This document shows positions 1 through 9,500 of a DNA stretch of 64,000 bases, piece after piece. Under the pieces are notes generated by a model that worked only from the letters and a program-made list of their open reading frames with translations, had not been told where the DNA came from and did no database searches. A program made the translations under genes and the position numbers. The first letter of the stretch is position 1. Each line of letters starts with the position of its first letter. The stretch comes from Bacteroidota bacterium (GTDB taxonomy: Bacteria; Bacteroidota; Bacteroidia; Bacteroidales; FEN-979): positions 19,595 to 83,594 of the forward strand of contig JAPLDG010000300.1 in NCBI GenBank assembly GCA_026391845.1, in the 5' to 3' direction.

Positions 1-243
1 GGTTCATTCCCGCCCAACGTTTATGTTTTCGACTTTTTTCAAAAGCTCACCGGCCCCGACGGCATGATGCTGTCGTCATACGCTGTCACTCCGGGCGACA
101 GTCACCCCAACGCCCCGGCCACAGCCCTGGTCGCCCCGCAGTTCGTGCAGGAGATCTTCGATGCGGCAATTTCCTATGAGGCCACATTTCCTCCACTGAC
201 AGGAAAAAAGGATCATGATGATTTGCCCGGTACAAAAAAATAA
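1..243 (+). CDS. 3' end of a gene truncated by the window edge; possible SGNH/GDSL-type hydrolase C-terminus
   Basis: Frame 1 is open from nt 1 to TAA 241-243 (GSFPPNVYVFDFFQKLTGPDGMMLSSYAVTPGDSHPNAPATALVAPQFVQEIF...). GDSHPN resembles the Asp-x-x-His block V of SGNH hydrolases. It is absent from the ORF track because no start codon lies in the window. Confidence 0.4.
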   Translation, partial: GSFPPNVYVFDFFQKLTGPDGMMLSSYAVTPGDSHPNAPATALVAPQFVQEIFDAAISYEATFPPLTGKKDHDDLPGTKK

Positions 244-289
244 AATGAAAAACTCATAATTATGTAACATTTTCCGGAGTCAGGTGTAT

Positions 290-297
290 TACTTTTG
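290..297 (+). promoter_or_regulatory. Candidate Bacteroidetes -7 promoter box (TActTTTG)
   Basis: Exact match to the TAnnTTTG consensus, about 60 nt upstream of the ATG at 358. Confidence 0.3.
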
Positions 298-357
298 CAA
301 CAAAACAGGCGATCTACTCATCGCATCGCCGATACATAACCATTAAATACTGATAAA

Positions 358-909
358 ATGAAAACAGGATTCAGAACATTATTTTTATTTACAGCCATTT
401 CGGCCTTTGTATTATCAGGATGTAACAAGGAGGGACCTGTGGGACCTGTGGGACCCGCCGGACAAAATGCCACAGTCTATTATTCTGAATGGTTCTCTCC
501 GACAGCCTGGTCGGGCAGTTCAGGTAACTGGTATTTTGCTGCCACTGCCCCCGATCTGACAGAAGGAATTGTTGAAAGCGGCGTTGTGCTCGCCTATGCA
601 TGGCTGGCTGATGATGTTTACGAAGGCACTTCAGTACGCCCTTTGCCGGCTTACGCTGTTGGCGCAAACTGGAGTTTTCTGATCCACCAGTACGGAAGTA
701 TTGAATTCACCTCCGATATGTTTGCGCCGCCGCTCACCAATGGCAATAAGTTCCGGTTTATCGCTATTCCCGGCCCTATCACTGCACTAAAATCAGGAAC
801 ACCCCGCTCCAGGTGCCCGGAAGTAAGGCTGAATCGGGAGGCAGACTACCGATTGACCAGGATATTCCTGATCACTCTGTTGCTGCCGTTTTCAAGAATA
901 ACTGAATAG
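358..909 (+). CDS. Putative lipoprotein with a short collagen-like G-P-V/A triplet stretch
   Basis: Signal peptide with lipobox (FVLSGC), then GPVGPVGPAG. The 3' 64 nt overlap the convergent gene 846..1916 and the tail (SRCPEVRLNREADYRLTRIFLITLLLPF) looks unnatural, so the true 3' end is uncertain. Confidence 0.55.
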   Translation: MKTGFRTLFLFTAISAFVLSGCNKEGPVGPVGPAGQNATVYYSEWFSPTAWSGSSGNWYFAATAPDLTEGIVESGVVLAYAWLADDVYEGTSVRPLPAYAVGANWSFLIHQYGSIEFTSDMFAPPLTNGNKFRFIAIPGPITALKSGTPRSRCPEVRLNREADYRLTRIFLITLLLPFSRITE

Positions 910-1916
910 AGGCCTGCAGGCAATGGCCTCAGATCAAGCGTTCGATCGGCTTGTCCGTTCACCTCAACATTCATGACGCCGGAGATTATCCTGCCAAGAT
1001 TATCGTAAACCCTGATCGTGAAGGTTTCGCTGAGCGAATTACGGATTGAAATGTTGAATAGCCCATCGTTAAAAACTGGAGAAACAACCACCTTCGCTGA
1101 AGAAGTTCCTGCCTGAAAACCCGGTACTGAACTGACAATGGTTTCATCCCCGTTTATGACGAAAGGCATGCCCTGTGGATAGGCATTATAATAGATATCA
1201 CCGTAATTACTGCCTCCGTCAGTCGTCAGAATTGCGTTTCCCGTGGCATTCTCAGCCGTTACCACAGGTGGCGCCCACGGCCCTGAACTCAGCGAACCTG
1301 TACATCCCCACTCAACCCAGTAGTTTCCCGGATACAGAGAAAGACCGGGAGTTTCGGCCACTACGGTCATAATCGGACGTGCGACGCCTCCATTGACAGT
1401 CAGCACACGATAAGTATTTGAAAACACTGTACTTCCCATCCGGTTTGTTGTCATATCACCCCAGATGATGGTTGAACCGGCAATACCTGGTTTTCCGTTC
1501 CAGATGCGAAGATAGATTCCCGTGATCGTGGAAGTGGTTCCTGAATTGGCCTGGTATGAGAAGAAATCCATCGAAGTTACCAGCCAGTTCCGGCCGGGGG
1601 GCACCGTGAAATCATCGGCAATATAAAAGCCGGAAACATACTGGCAGCCAGATCCGTAAGAGCCTGTTCCGCCCTGGTAATAAATACTTTCGTTTGCTCC
1701 GGCTGCACCGGTACCCGCGCTGTTGAAAACAGGGCCGTTGTCGAATAAAGATGCCATCGGGGCATGGGTAATTGCAGAAAGATTGCCGGAGAGTCCGGTA
1801 ATTGCGCCCGAAAGATCAATATCTGTGGCATTGCCTTGTGACCGGGCCTGAGGCGCTATTCCGAGTGTCTGGATCATAACCAAAGACACCAGGATCATTT
1901 TGGTGAAATTTTTCAT
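846..1916 (-). CDS. Secreted protein with T9SS (Por) C-terminal sorting domain
   Basis: N-terminal signal peptide (MKNFTKMILVSLVMIQTLGIAPQARSQ). The C-terminal ~80 aa has the typical CTD pattern (FNISIRNS...FTIRVYDNLGRII...LDLRPLPAGLYSVILENGSNRVIRNILV). Confidence 0.8.
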   Translation of the reverse strand: MKNFTKMILVSLVMIQTLGIAPQARSQGNATDIDLSGAITGLSGNLSAITHAPMASLFDNGPVFNSAGTGAAGANESIYYQGGTGSYGSGCQYVSGFYIADDFTVPPGRNWLVTSMDFFSYQANSGTTSTITGIYLRIWNGKPGIAGSTIIWGDMTTNRMGSTVFSNTYRVLTVNGGVARPIMTVVAETPGLSLYPGNYWVEWGCTGSLSSGPWAPPVVTAENATGNAILTTDGGSNYGDIYYNAYPQGMPFVINGDETIVSSVPGFQAGTSSAKVVVSPVFNDGLFNISIRNSLSETFTIRVYDNLGRIISGVMNVEVNGQADRTLDLRPLPAGLYSVILENGSNRVIRNILVNR

Positions 1917-2006
1917 GTTTCACAGGTTTATAATATCAATACGCAGGAACTGTTTTTATATCTTCTACCTTGAGATACGAAACTGGATACAAACGTAACA
2001 AAAATA

Positions 2007-2028
2007 TGACTTTTAAGAATAAAAGTCA
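2007..2028 (-). terminator. Candidate intrinsic terminator after the C-S lyase gene
   Basis: Perfect 9-bp inverted repeat TGACTTTTA-agaa-TAAAAGTCA. On the minus-strand transcript it is followed by UAUUUUUG. The stem is AU-rich, so strength is uncertain. Confidence 0.4.
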
Positions 2029-2110
2029 AGGGTCCGGAAAAAATCCCTGAAAAACCATTACCCCCGGCTCTTACTGGAGCCTGTTCAGGGAATCAATAAA
2101 AAACTTCGAC

Positions 2111-3277
2111 TCATCCGGAAAGCATCCTTTCGAGTTGCCCGAGAGCAATCGTCAGGGTTGACCGCGGGCAGGCAACGTTCATGCGCATGAAGCCCTCTCC
2201 GCCTGGTCCAAAGTCGGTGCCCGGGTTAAAACCTAACCCGGCTTCATGGATGAGTTTGCGATTGAGTGTTTTATCATCGAGGCCGAAATTCGTGAAATCA
2301 AGCCAGATCATATAGGTCCCTTCCGGCCTGAACATATGCAGGGCAGGGATGTTTTTCCGGATGAACTTTTCGGTAAATTCAACGTTATTATTCAGGTAAT
2401 CGATGAGTTGCAGCCTCCACGGTTCTCCATGCAGGTACGCGGCAGTCGATGCGACACTCCCGAACAGATTCCCCATACCCAGGTGCATTTTTTCGATCAG
2501 TTGTGAATAGGATGCCCGTAATTCCGGGTTTGATATGATCACGGAGGAGGTAGCAAGACCGGCCAGGTTAAATGTTTTACTCGGTGCATGGGCAGTGATC
2601 GTGATTTCCGCTGCTTCAGGTGATAAATTGGCGAAAACCTGGTGCCTGAAACCCGGCATGACCAGGTCGGCATGAATTTCATCAGAAAAAACCAGGACGT
2701 GGTGTTCCAGGCATATCTTCAGAATCTTTTCCAGTTCCTGCCGGTTCCAGCAGCGCCCGACGGGATTATGCGGATTGCACAGGATCAGCATTTCCGCCTC
2801 TTTTGCCTGTTGTTCAAGCAACACGAAATCAATCAGGTAAGTGTTCTCATCCCGGATTAACTGGTTGATGGATAATTTTCGGTTGTGATCAGGAACTGCA
2901 TGAATGATCGGGGGATAAACCGGGGGCTGAACAATAATATGATCGCCTGGTTTTGTGAAGGCCATCACGGCGAAATTGAGTGCGGGAACCACCCCCGGAG
3001 TGAAAATAAAATCTTCTTTGTCGATTGCCCAGTCATGATGTGATTGCATCCACTCCATAACAGCCTGATAATAATCTTCATCCCTGAATGTGTATCCATA
3101 AACGGGATGACCGGCACGCTGAATGACTGCATTGCGGATGAAGTCAGGAGTCTCGAAATCCATATCAGCGACCCACATCGGAATTACATCACTCTTTTCA
3201 AAAACGGTTTGCCGCAAATCATATTTTACACAGGAAGTATGCGTACGATCAATTAATTTGTCAAAATTATATTTCAT
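2111..3277 (-). CDS. PLP-dependent C-S lyase / cystathionine beta-lyase of the MalY/PatB family (class I/II aminotransferase fold)
   Basis: N-terminus YNFDKLIDRTHTSCVKYD...IPMWVADMDF is the MalY/PatB hallmark. PLP-lysine motif APSKTFNLAGL. 388 aa. Confidence 0.9.
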   Translation of the reverse strand: MKYNFDKLIDRTHTSCVKYDLRQTVFEKSDVIPMWVADMDFETPDFIRNAVIQRAGHPVYGYTFRDEDYYQAVMEWMQSHHDWAIDKEDFIFTPGVVPALNFAVMAFTKPGDHIIVQPPVYPPIIHAVPDHNRKLSINQLIRDENTYLIDFVLLEQQAKEAEMLILCNPHNPVGRCWNRQELEKILKICLEHHVLVFSDEIHADLVMPGFRHQVFANLSPEAAEITITAHAPSKTFNLAGLATSSVIISNPELRASYSQLIEKMHLGMGNLFGSVASTAAYLHGEPWRLQLIDYLNNNVEFTEKFIRKNIPALHMFRPEGTYMIWLDFTNFGLDDKTLNRKLIHEAGLGFNPGTDFGPGGEGFMRMNVACPRSTLTIALGQLERMLSG

Positions 3278-3498
3278 GTGGATTTTGAAATTTTATCGAA
3301 ATTTTCAGGGCTCATTTCCAAGTCCATTTTAAAAAGCCGGGATTATATTTTCAAAAGTATAACATTAATTTTAAAAAGGCGGGATAAGTTGCCTTTGGCT
3401 CAAGTGAATGGTCACTCTTTGAATGAAAAAAATCATCTTCCCGCAATTATTTGATTACTGGTGAGTTTAAAATATAAGACCAGTAAAAACCGATCACC

Positions 3499-4734
3499 AT
3501 GAAAGAGAAAATCATTCAAAACATCCACGACCCTGAAGCGCTTGAAATGTTGTTCAGGAAAGATAAAAGAGGCTTTACCCTTGATTTTCCCGATGCTTCG
3601 GCAGGAATTGAAAACGACCTTGTCAGGTTCTGGCGGATCAGACTGAAAAAAGAGAGCGCGGGTCAGAAACCGCAATTGAACAAACCCGATTTATGGATCG
3701 TCACGACCCTTTCAATTGCAATTGCTTTGGCGGTCAAGGCACATCTGGTTTTTGGCAACATGTCGATGGAAAGCTTCTGGTCGCGCAACCTCACTATAAT
3801 CGCCTTTGCCGGTCTGACGAGTTGGTTTATCCTGAAAAACAGGATAACCAGTCTTAAAAAAATCCTTCTGCTTGCACTTCCGGTTGCTCTCCTGACGATA
3901 TTCATGAATCTGCTTCCTGAAAAGCTGTGCGACACCACCATCCTGGCATTTATCCATGCCCCGTTCTTCATGTGGTTCATTCTGGGACTGGCATGGGTTT
4001 CTTTCAGATATACCGACACGATGCAAGTTTCGGCTTTTATCCGCTTTAACGGTGAACTGGTCACCATGTATGGATTGTTGTGCATTGCGGGGGCTATTCT
4101 TTCCGGCATGACCATCAGCCTTTTTACCGTCATCGGAATGGACATCGGGAAGTTTTACATGGAAAACATCGGGATCGTCGGTCTGGTAATTTTCCCGGTT
4201 CTGGCAGCCTGGCTGATTGATCTGTATCCCGATATCACCAGCAGGATCGCACCCATCATAGCCCGGATTTTCACCCCCCTGGTATTGATCACCGTAACTG
4301 CTTACCTGATTGCGATCATCGTTTCAGGCACCAACCTTTCGAAGAACCGTGAGTTACTGGTCATTTTCAACCTGCTGTTGCTCGGAGTGATGGCCATCAT
4401 CGTATTTTCCCTTTCGGAACTTGACAATTCCGACATCCGTAAACTGAATGTCATCCTTTTGTTCCTGCTGGCTGTCGTTACCCTGATCATCGATCTGTTT
4501 GCCCTTTCAGCCATTATTTCCCGGCTATCGGATGGATTTACTCCGAACAGGACTGTTGTGCTGATTTCCAACATCCTGATTTTACTCAATCTGGCGCTGA
4601 TTTTACCAGTTCTGTTTCTCTCCGGTTTCAAAGGAAAACCGATCGATCGGGTGGAGAGGCTCATTTACCGTTATCTGCCGGTATATTTGCTTTATTGCAT
4701 TGTTGTGATCTTCGTTTTCCCGTTTATTTACTGA
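3499..4734 (+). CDS. Polytopic inner-membrane protein of unknown function
   Basis: 411-aa ORF. A ~65-aa soluble N-terminus is followed by about 10 hydrophobic segments. No catalytic motif recognised. Confidence 0.7.
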   Translation: MKEKIIQNIHDPEALEMLFRKDKRGFTLDFPDASAGIENDLVRFWRIRLKKESAGQKPQLNKPDLWIVTTLSIAIALAVKAHLVFGNMSMESFWSRNLTIIAFAGLTSWFILKNRITSLKKILLLALPVALLTIFMNLLPEKLCDTTILAFIHAPFFMWFILGLAWVSFRYTDTMQVSAFIRFNGELVTMYGLLCIAGAILSGMTISLFTVIGMDIGKFYMENIGIVGLVIFPVLAAWLIDLYPDITSRIAPIIARIFTPLVLITVTAYLIAIIVSGTNLSKNRELLVIFNLLLLGVMAIIVFSLSELDNSDIRKLNVILLFLLAVVTLIIDLFALSAIISRLSDGFTPNRTVVLISNILILLNLALILPVLFLSGFKGKPIDRVERLIYRYLPVYLLYCIVVIFVFPFIY

Positions 4735-4760
4735 TTGCACTCTCCCTGCCGGGGATGACC

Positions 4761-6533
4761 TTACCTGCCGGATGGTATCAGCACAAGTTTCGATTCACCG
4801 GAAGTGATCACGGTTGAGATTCCTCTCCTGCGGGTGATGACAACGCTCAGCAGGTAAACTCCTGCAGGGCGGCCGGTCAGATCGAGCATCGTGTCTGTAC
4901 TCCCGGGAAAGTATTTGTCAACCACTTTTCCGCCAGTCAGTGTGAATATGGAAACATGCAAGCCGGTTACTTCTTCAGGTGAATGCAGCGTAAGGGTGAA
5001 CTTTCCGCCGGAGGGGTTTGGGAAGACGCTGAATGTCGGGTATGCCATGCTACCTTTTTCAGCCCCTGATGTCAGGTTTTCCGGTTTGAAAACCGAATCC
5101 TGACCATTCCTCAGCGCCGGGCAATAGTTGCCACTGGTATTGATCCGTGCCAGCAGGTGACCGTTCGGGTGTACCGAGGTTCCATCTTTCAGTACGACCT
5201 TTTCACCTGCCTCCATGATTGCATTACCGGCCGGATAAACGATAAACGACTGTCCGTTCCCGCCGGCAACAATGGTTTGCAGCGAGCCAAAGCAGGTATC
5301 CGTACCCGACATGACGGAGGAGGCCAGGTTTTTAAACCCGGGCAGAGTTGCCGAGATATCGGTCGAAAAGGGAAAAAGGCGCGTATCGACCCATTCATCG
5401 GTGGCGTCGGATTCCATTGCCAGGACCAGCGCTTCCAGCCAGTAGCAATCGGCGATTCCGATCGGTGCACTTTGCATGAACGCATTCAGGGCAGCTGATT
5501 TTTTTTGGATCACCCACCGTTCAACGGGCATGATCATGCCGAACATCTCGCTGGGGATCCCGATTCCTTCATCTCCGGTCCATCGGGTAAAGTATGGAGA
5601 CTGTCGGAGCCACCAGAGAGGGAATCTCGATAAACCTTCGTTGTGACGCTGCACAACAGCGGTATAAACCATGTCCCTGAGGTACCTGCCCAACTCGGGG
5701 CTGAGATTCAGAAAGATGTACCCACGGTATCCAAGGTAATCACTGCGGGGGTCATACTCATTTGCGTAGGGTGCATTCCACCCCTGTTTGCCGTAAAAGG
5801 CCATGGAATCGGCATAATGGATATCCAGGCCGTTGTTCAGAAAAGCAGTCAGCCGGAGGGTGGCTGCATCCACCTGTCCGGGATCGTTGAATATCCTTGC
5901 GAGGCGTGCCATCCCGATATGAGCACTCATGGAGCCGTATAGGTTGCCGGGGTCGATGCCTTCACCGGTCCGGGTATTGTAAAACGTTTTTATGCTGTTG
6001 TACCAGGGCTCAACGGCAGTGGTATCTCCGGTGCGGTAAAGATAGAGCCAAACGCTGTAAACGTTCTGAATGCAAGGGCGGTAATTCCCGAAACCGGAAT
6101 TCAGCCCCCATATCTTATCGGCTGCATAAAATTCCCTGCGTATCCCGGTATCACGGTTCACAGGGTTGTGAGCCCAGGGTGCGTGGATGGTGCTGGCAAA
6201 CAGCAGGGGAACCATCTCGTGAAGGAGAGATTGCTGGCCCCCGGTGAGGTAGGGCCAGGCCATGGCCACGGTTTGAAGGATCCTCCCCGGCTCCTGGTAT
6301 AGGAAGTAACTCTCATACACCTGGTCACTGTAACGGCAGGTGACCGGCCGGAAAAAGAGGGAGCCGGAGTCAATTACAGCCTGCATCTCCCGGCGCAGTT
6401 TGTCGCGAAGCTCCGTGTTAACAGACAGGTTATGCTGCAGGGGGTATTCCCACAGGTATTTGCTGACATTTACCTGCGATTTGACGGTCAGCCCTGCAAA
6501 CAATGATATGAGGATAAAGAGGGTGAGTTTCAT
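4761..6533 (-). CDS. Secreted protein of unknown function with T9SS C-terminal sorting domain
   Basis: Signal peptide MKLTLFILISLFAGLTVKSQ. C-terminus FSVFPNPSGGKFTLTL...VSIFTLTGGKVV...LDLTGRPAGVYLLSVV is a typical CTD. Confidence 0.8.
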   Translation of the reverse strand: MKLTLFILISLFAGLTVKSQVNVSKYLWEYPLQHNLSVNTELRDKLRREMQAVIDSGSLFFRPVTCRYSDQVYESYFLYQEPGRILQTVAMAWPYLTGGQQSLLHEMVPLLFASTIHAPWAHNPVNRDTGIRREFYAADKIWGLNSGFGNYRPCIQNVYSVWLYLYRTGDTTAVEPWYNSIKTFYNTRTGEGIDPGNLYGSMSAHIGMARLARIFNDPGQVDAATLRLTAFLNNGLDIHYADSMAFYGKQGWNAPYANEYDPRSDYLGYRGYIFLNLSPELGRYLRDMVYTAVVQRHNEGLSRFPLWWLRQSPYFTRWTGDEGIGIPSEMFGMIMPVERWVIQKKSAALNAFMQSAPIGIADCYWLEALVLAMESDATDEWVDTRLFPFSTDISATLPGFKNLASSVMSGTDTCFGSLQTIVAGGNGQSFIVYPAGNAIMEAGEKVVLKDGTSVHPNGHLLARINTSGNYCPALRNGQDSVFKPENLTSGAEKGSMAYPTFSVFPNPSGGKFTLTLHSPEEVTGLHVSIFTLTGGKVVDKYFPGSTDTMLDLTGRPAGVYLLSVVITRRRGISTVITSGESKLVLIPSGR

Positions 6534-6576
6534 AGGATTGCCGGTTGGATCATTATTGCGTTTGGGTCAGGGTCGG

Positions 6577-9500
6577 TTAATGGTGTTCAATGGCTACAAT
6601 GCCGAATGTTTCGGCTATAAATACATAATTGCCGGTGATTGCGGGGGCTGTCCGTCCCATGGTGGCGGTCTGGCCGGTCAGATATGGCACATCGGCATAA
6701 CCGATGTTCTGGTTCACGTTGCGGTAGCAAATATTGGCGTTGGCAAAATTACCGCCATCCGAATAACGGGTCGTCACCTGCACCAGGGTATGCTGGCTTT
6801 CTGCCAGGTCGATCACCTGGGTGCCCCTGAAGTTCTGCCGCATCCAGAGATAATGTCCGCCTGTGCTGAGGGCATACAGATTGTCTGTTTCGATGGGGAA
6901 CATCCCTGCCACATGGCCGTTGTCGATCGGAACCCGGAAACCTGTATTCTGGTTGATCCCGGCAACATCGAGGGAGTAGTTTGTACCGAAAGCAGGGCCC
7001 GTTGCTGTGAGTTTCGGGTAGCGTGTTTTCCACCAGCAAAGGATCCTTCCCTCGTGGTCCACTGCCGGTGAAGGAGCAGGGAATCCGCACCCGTCAACAG
7101 GACCGGCCGGAATGAGGAAGGGTTCCTGCAATGTGAGGGTGTCGAGGGCGAAGATGTGCTGCCAGTCCGATGAAGCATGGTTCCATGTTCCTCCGTTGTC
7201 GTCGCCCTGGAGCCAGCGTTTGATGTTCTGTTCCTCCTCCGCGAGACTGGCTGAGGAGGTCATCACCTCCTCCATGATATATTCGCTGCCCGACAAGGCT
7301 GCGTTGGCCGAGGTAACCCACACCCGGCCATGGTGAACGACGGGGTGACACATCCGGAAACTCTGTCCCCTTACCTGATGTGATCCGCGGATGGCCCCGG
7401 AAGCAAGGATGATGGCATAAACCTTCATGTTTTCAGCAGGTACATAAACCGAGTTGCCATCTGCCGCAATGCCCCCGGTAACGGGTGATGGCAGGTTCTG
7501 TTCCCACAGGATATTCCCGTCGCTGCCGAACCGGAATACCTGTCCGCCGTGGTTTGCAACGATCACACTGTTTGAAAGAATACAGGGCGGGGTGGTGATG
7601 GCGCCCCGGGTATCGTAATACCATTTCGTTGCTCCGGTTGCCGTGTCGAAGGCATACACCGACCCTGTCAGAGATGCAAACACCACCTTGCCGCCAACCA
7701 CTGCGGCACTCACCAGCGACCCTCCCGGGACGGCAGAGCTCCAAAGGGTTTCTCCGTTGTCAATGTTCAGCGCATAAGCATTGCCTTCCATGGTACAGAA
7801 ATAGAGTCTGGTTCCTTTGATCACCGGCTGAACGCTTTCGGCGATGGTGAAGTTCACGGTGTCGGGTATCGGGAAGGAGTAACCATCACGCGAGGTAAGG
7901 TCATCGGGCCAGCCGGGTTCGCTCTCCTGGTTCCGGAGGGTATTTCCCGGCCCGGCCCATATCCATCGCACGCGGAAGGGAGGAGCCACGGAAGCGCTGG
8001 GATGGCCGGTGCGTGAGGCATCTTTCTGAAACTGCGGCCAGTCGTATGTCACGGATGTTCCGCTACCAGGGCTGCCGTTGTAAAGTTTCACGGCGAAATC
8101 TGTTACGAGGTCTGCCACCCCGATCTGCAGGTTTCCCGATCCATCCACCGTTACTACCTCCGGTGTGCCGGGAATGGTGTCTTCATCCCAGGAATTCCAG
8201 CGTTCCATTGTGATCGTTCCGGGTGTCAACCCCGAAATGGTCACGATGCCGCTTTGAGGAGCGGGGTTCCCGGAGGTCACGACATTTTTCCAGGTGTGAT
8301 TCCGGTTCCGGATCCAGAAATGGGCGGCCGTTCCGTTTCCATTTACCTGCCCCCAGGTACTAATTGCAGGGTTGGAGGTGGCGGCGTCGATGGCATGATA
8401 CTGCCCTGTAGTCAGCGGGATATTTTTCATAAAGGAGGTGAACCCTTTGTATCGCCGGTAAAGATTGTTGTTCCGTATATTTTCGGTATTCCAGATCAGT
8501 CCGGTCATACCCCCCTGGTTGATATGTCCCCAGACGAAATTGTGCAGCCACACTCCGGCGGTGTCAAGCGCAAGAAGCGGGTCGGGCGACTGGTTGCCGG
8601 GCATATCGAGGTCGGTTTCGCCCAGTACGACCGGCTTATTCCGTTGAGGATCATTCCCGGTGGTAACAGAATATGCGTAAATGGCTGCTGCGGCATCATT
8701 TTTCAGCATCTCCCGGTTGAAAAGGGTACCGTTGATGGTGATGGTATCGATCCATCCGGTGGTCATCACATAGGCATGCACATCGGCGTAATCGGCATGA
8801 GAATCCTTCCAGTAGTCTGGAACCCAACTGCTCCAGAAGGAAGTTGAGACCATGCGGGGATAGGGGCTTCGGGTATCGCAGTAATCGGCGAGGTCGTTGG
8901 TCAGATCGAAATAAGAACCTGGCGCTCCTTCATTTACCAGTTCCCAGGAATGTACCGAGGTTGCGTAGCCCCAGCGTGCAATGAGGTTGCGCCAGTAATA
9001 TTCATAAAGCCTGTGCAGTCGGGTTTGCTGAGGTTGTTCGAACGAACCCTTGTTTGGGGAGACCAGCCCGGCCCGGTCGATGTGGTTGCAGATGTAATCG
9101 TTTTTCTCGAAAATAACGATCTTGTAATGTATATCAGAACGGTTGGCTGTATCGATCAGGTAATCGGCATTCCTGCACCTGATCGGGTCGAGGTACTCAT
9201 GGCTGTTGGCGTTCCATTTGCTGAGGATATTCTCTTTCAGGCTGCCGTCAGGGTTGACCTCCTGGATGGTCAGCTGGTCAAGGAAGGCCTCTCCTGCGCA
9301 ATCTTCGAGGACGAGATAAAGATAGTCAAGTGAATGCTGGGTACTTCCTGTAGTTATATTGCCGATGAGGTATCCCCAGGGATTGTCGCCTTTTAAGTAC
9401 CCCGAAAGGAGTGTGCCGATACCCGGGTTCACGACTCCGGTGCCAAGCCATCCGCCGGTCTTTATCACAAGCCCGCCGTTCCCGGTTATATTGATTGTTT

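Noticed and set aside
846-909. 64-nt convergent overlap of the lipoprotein ORF with the T9SS cargo gene as a meaningful overlapping-gene arrangement
   Set aside because: The overlapped tail of the plus-strand ORF looks non-protein-like, while the minus-strand CTD is clearly genuine. A mis-called 3' end or a small frameshift in the lipoprotein gene is more likely.
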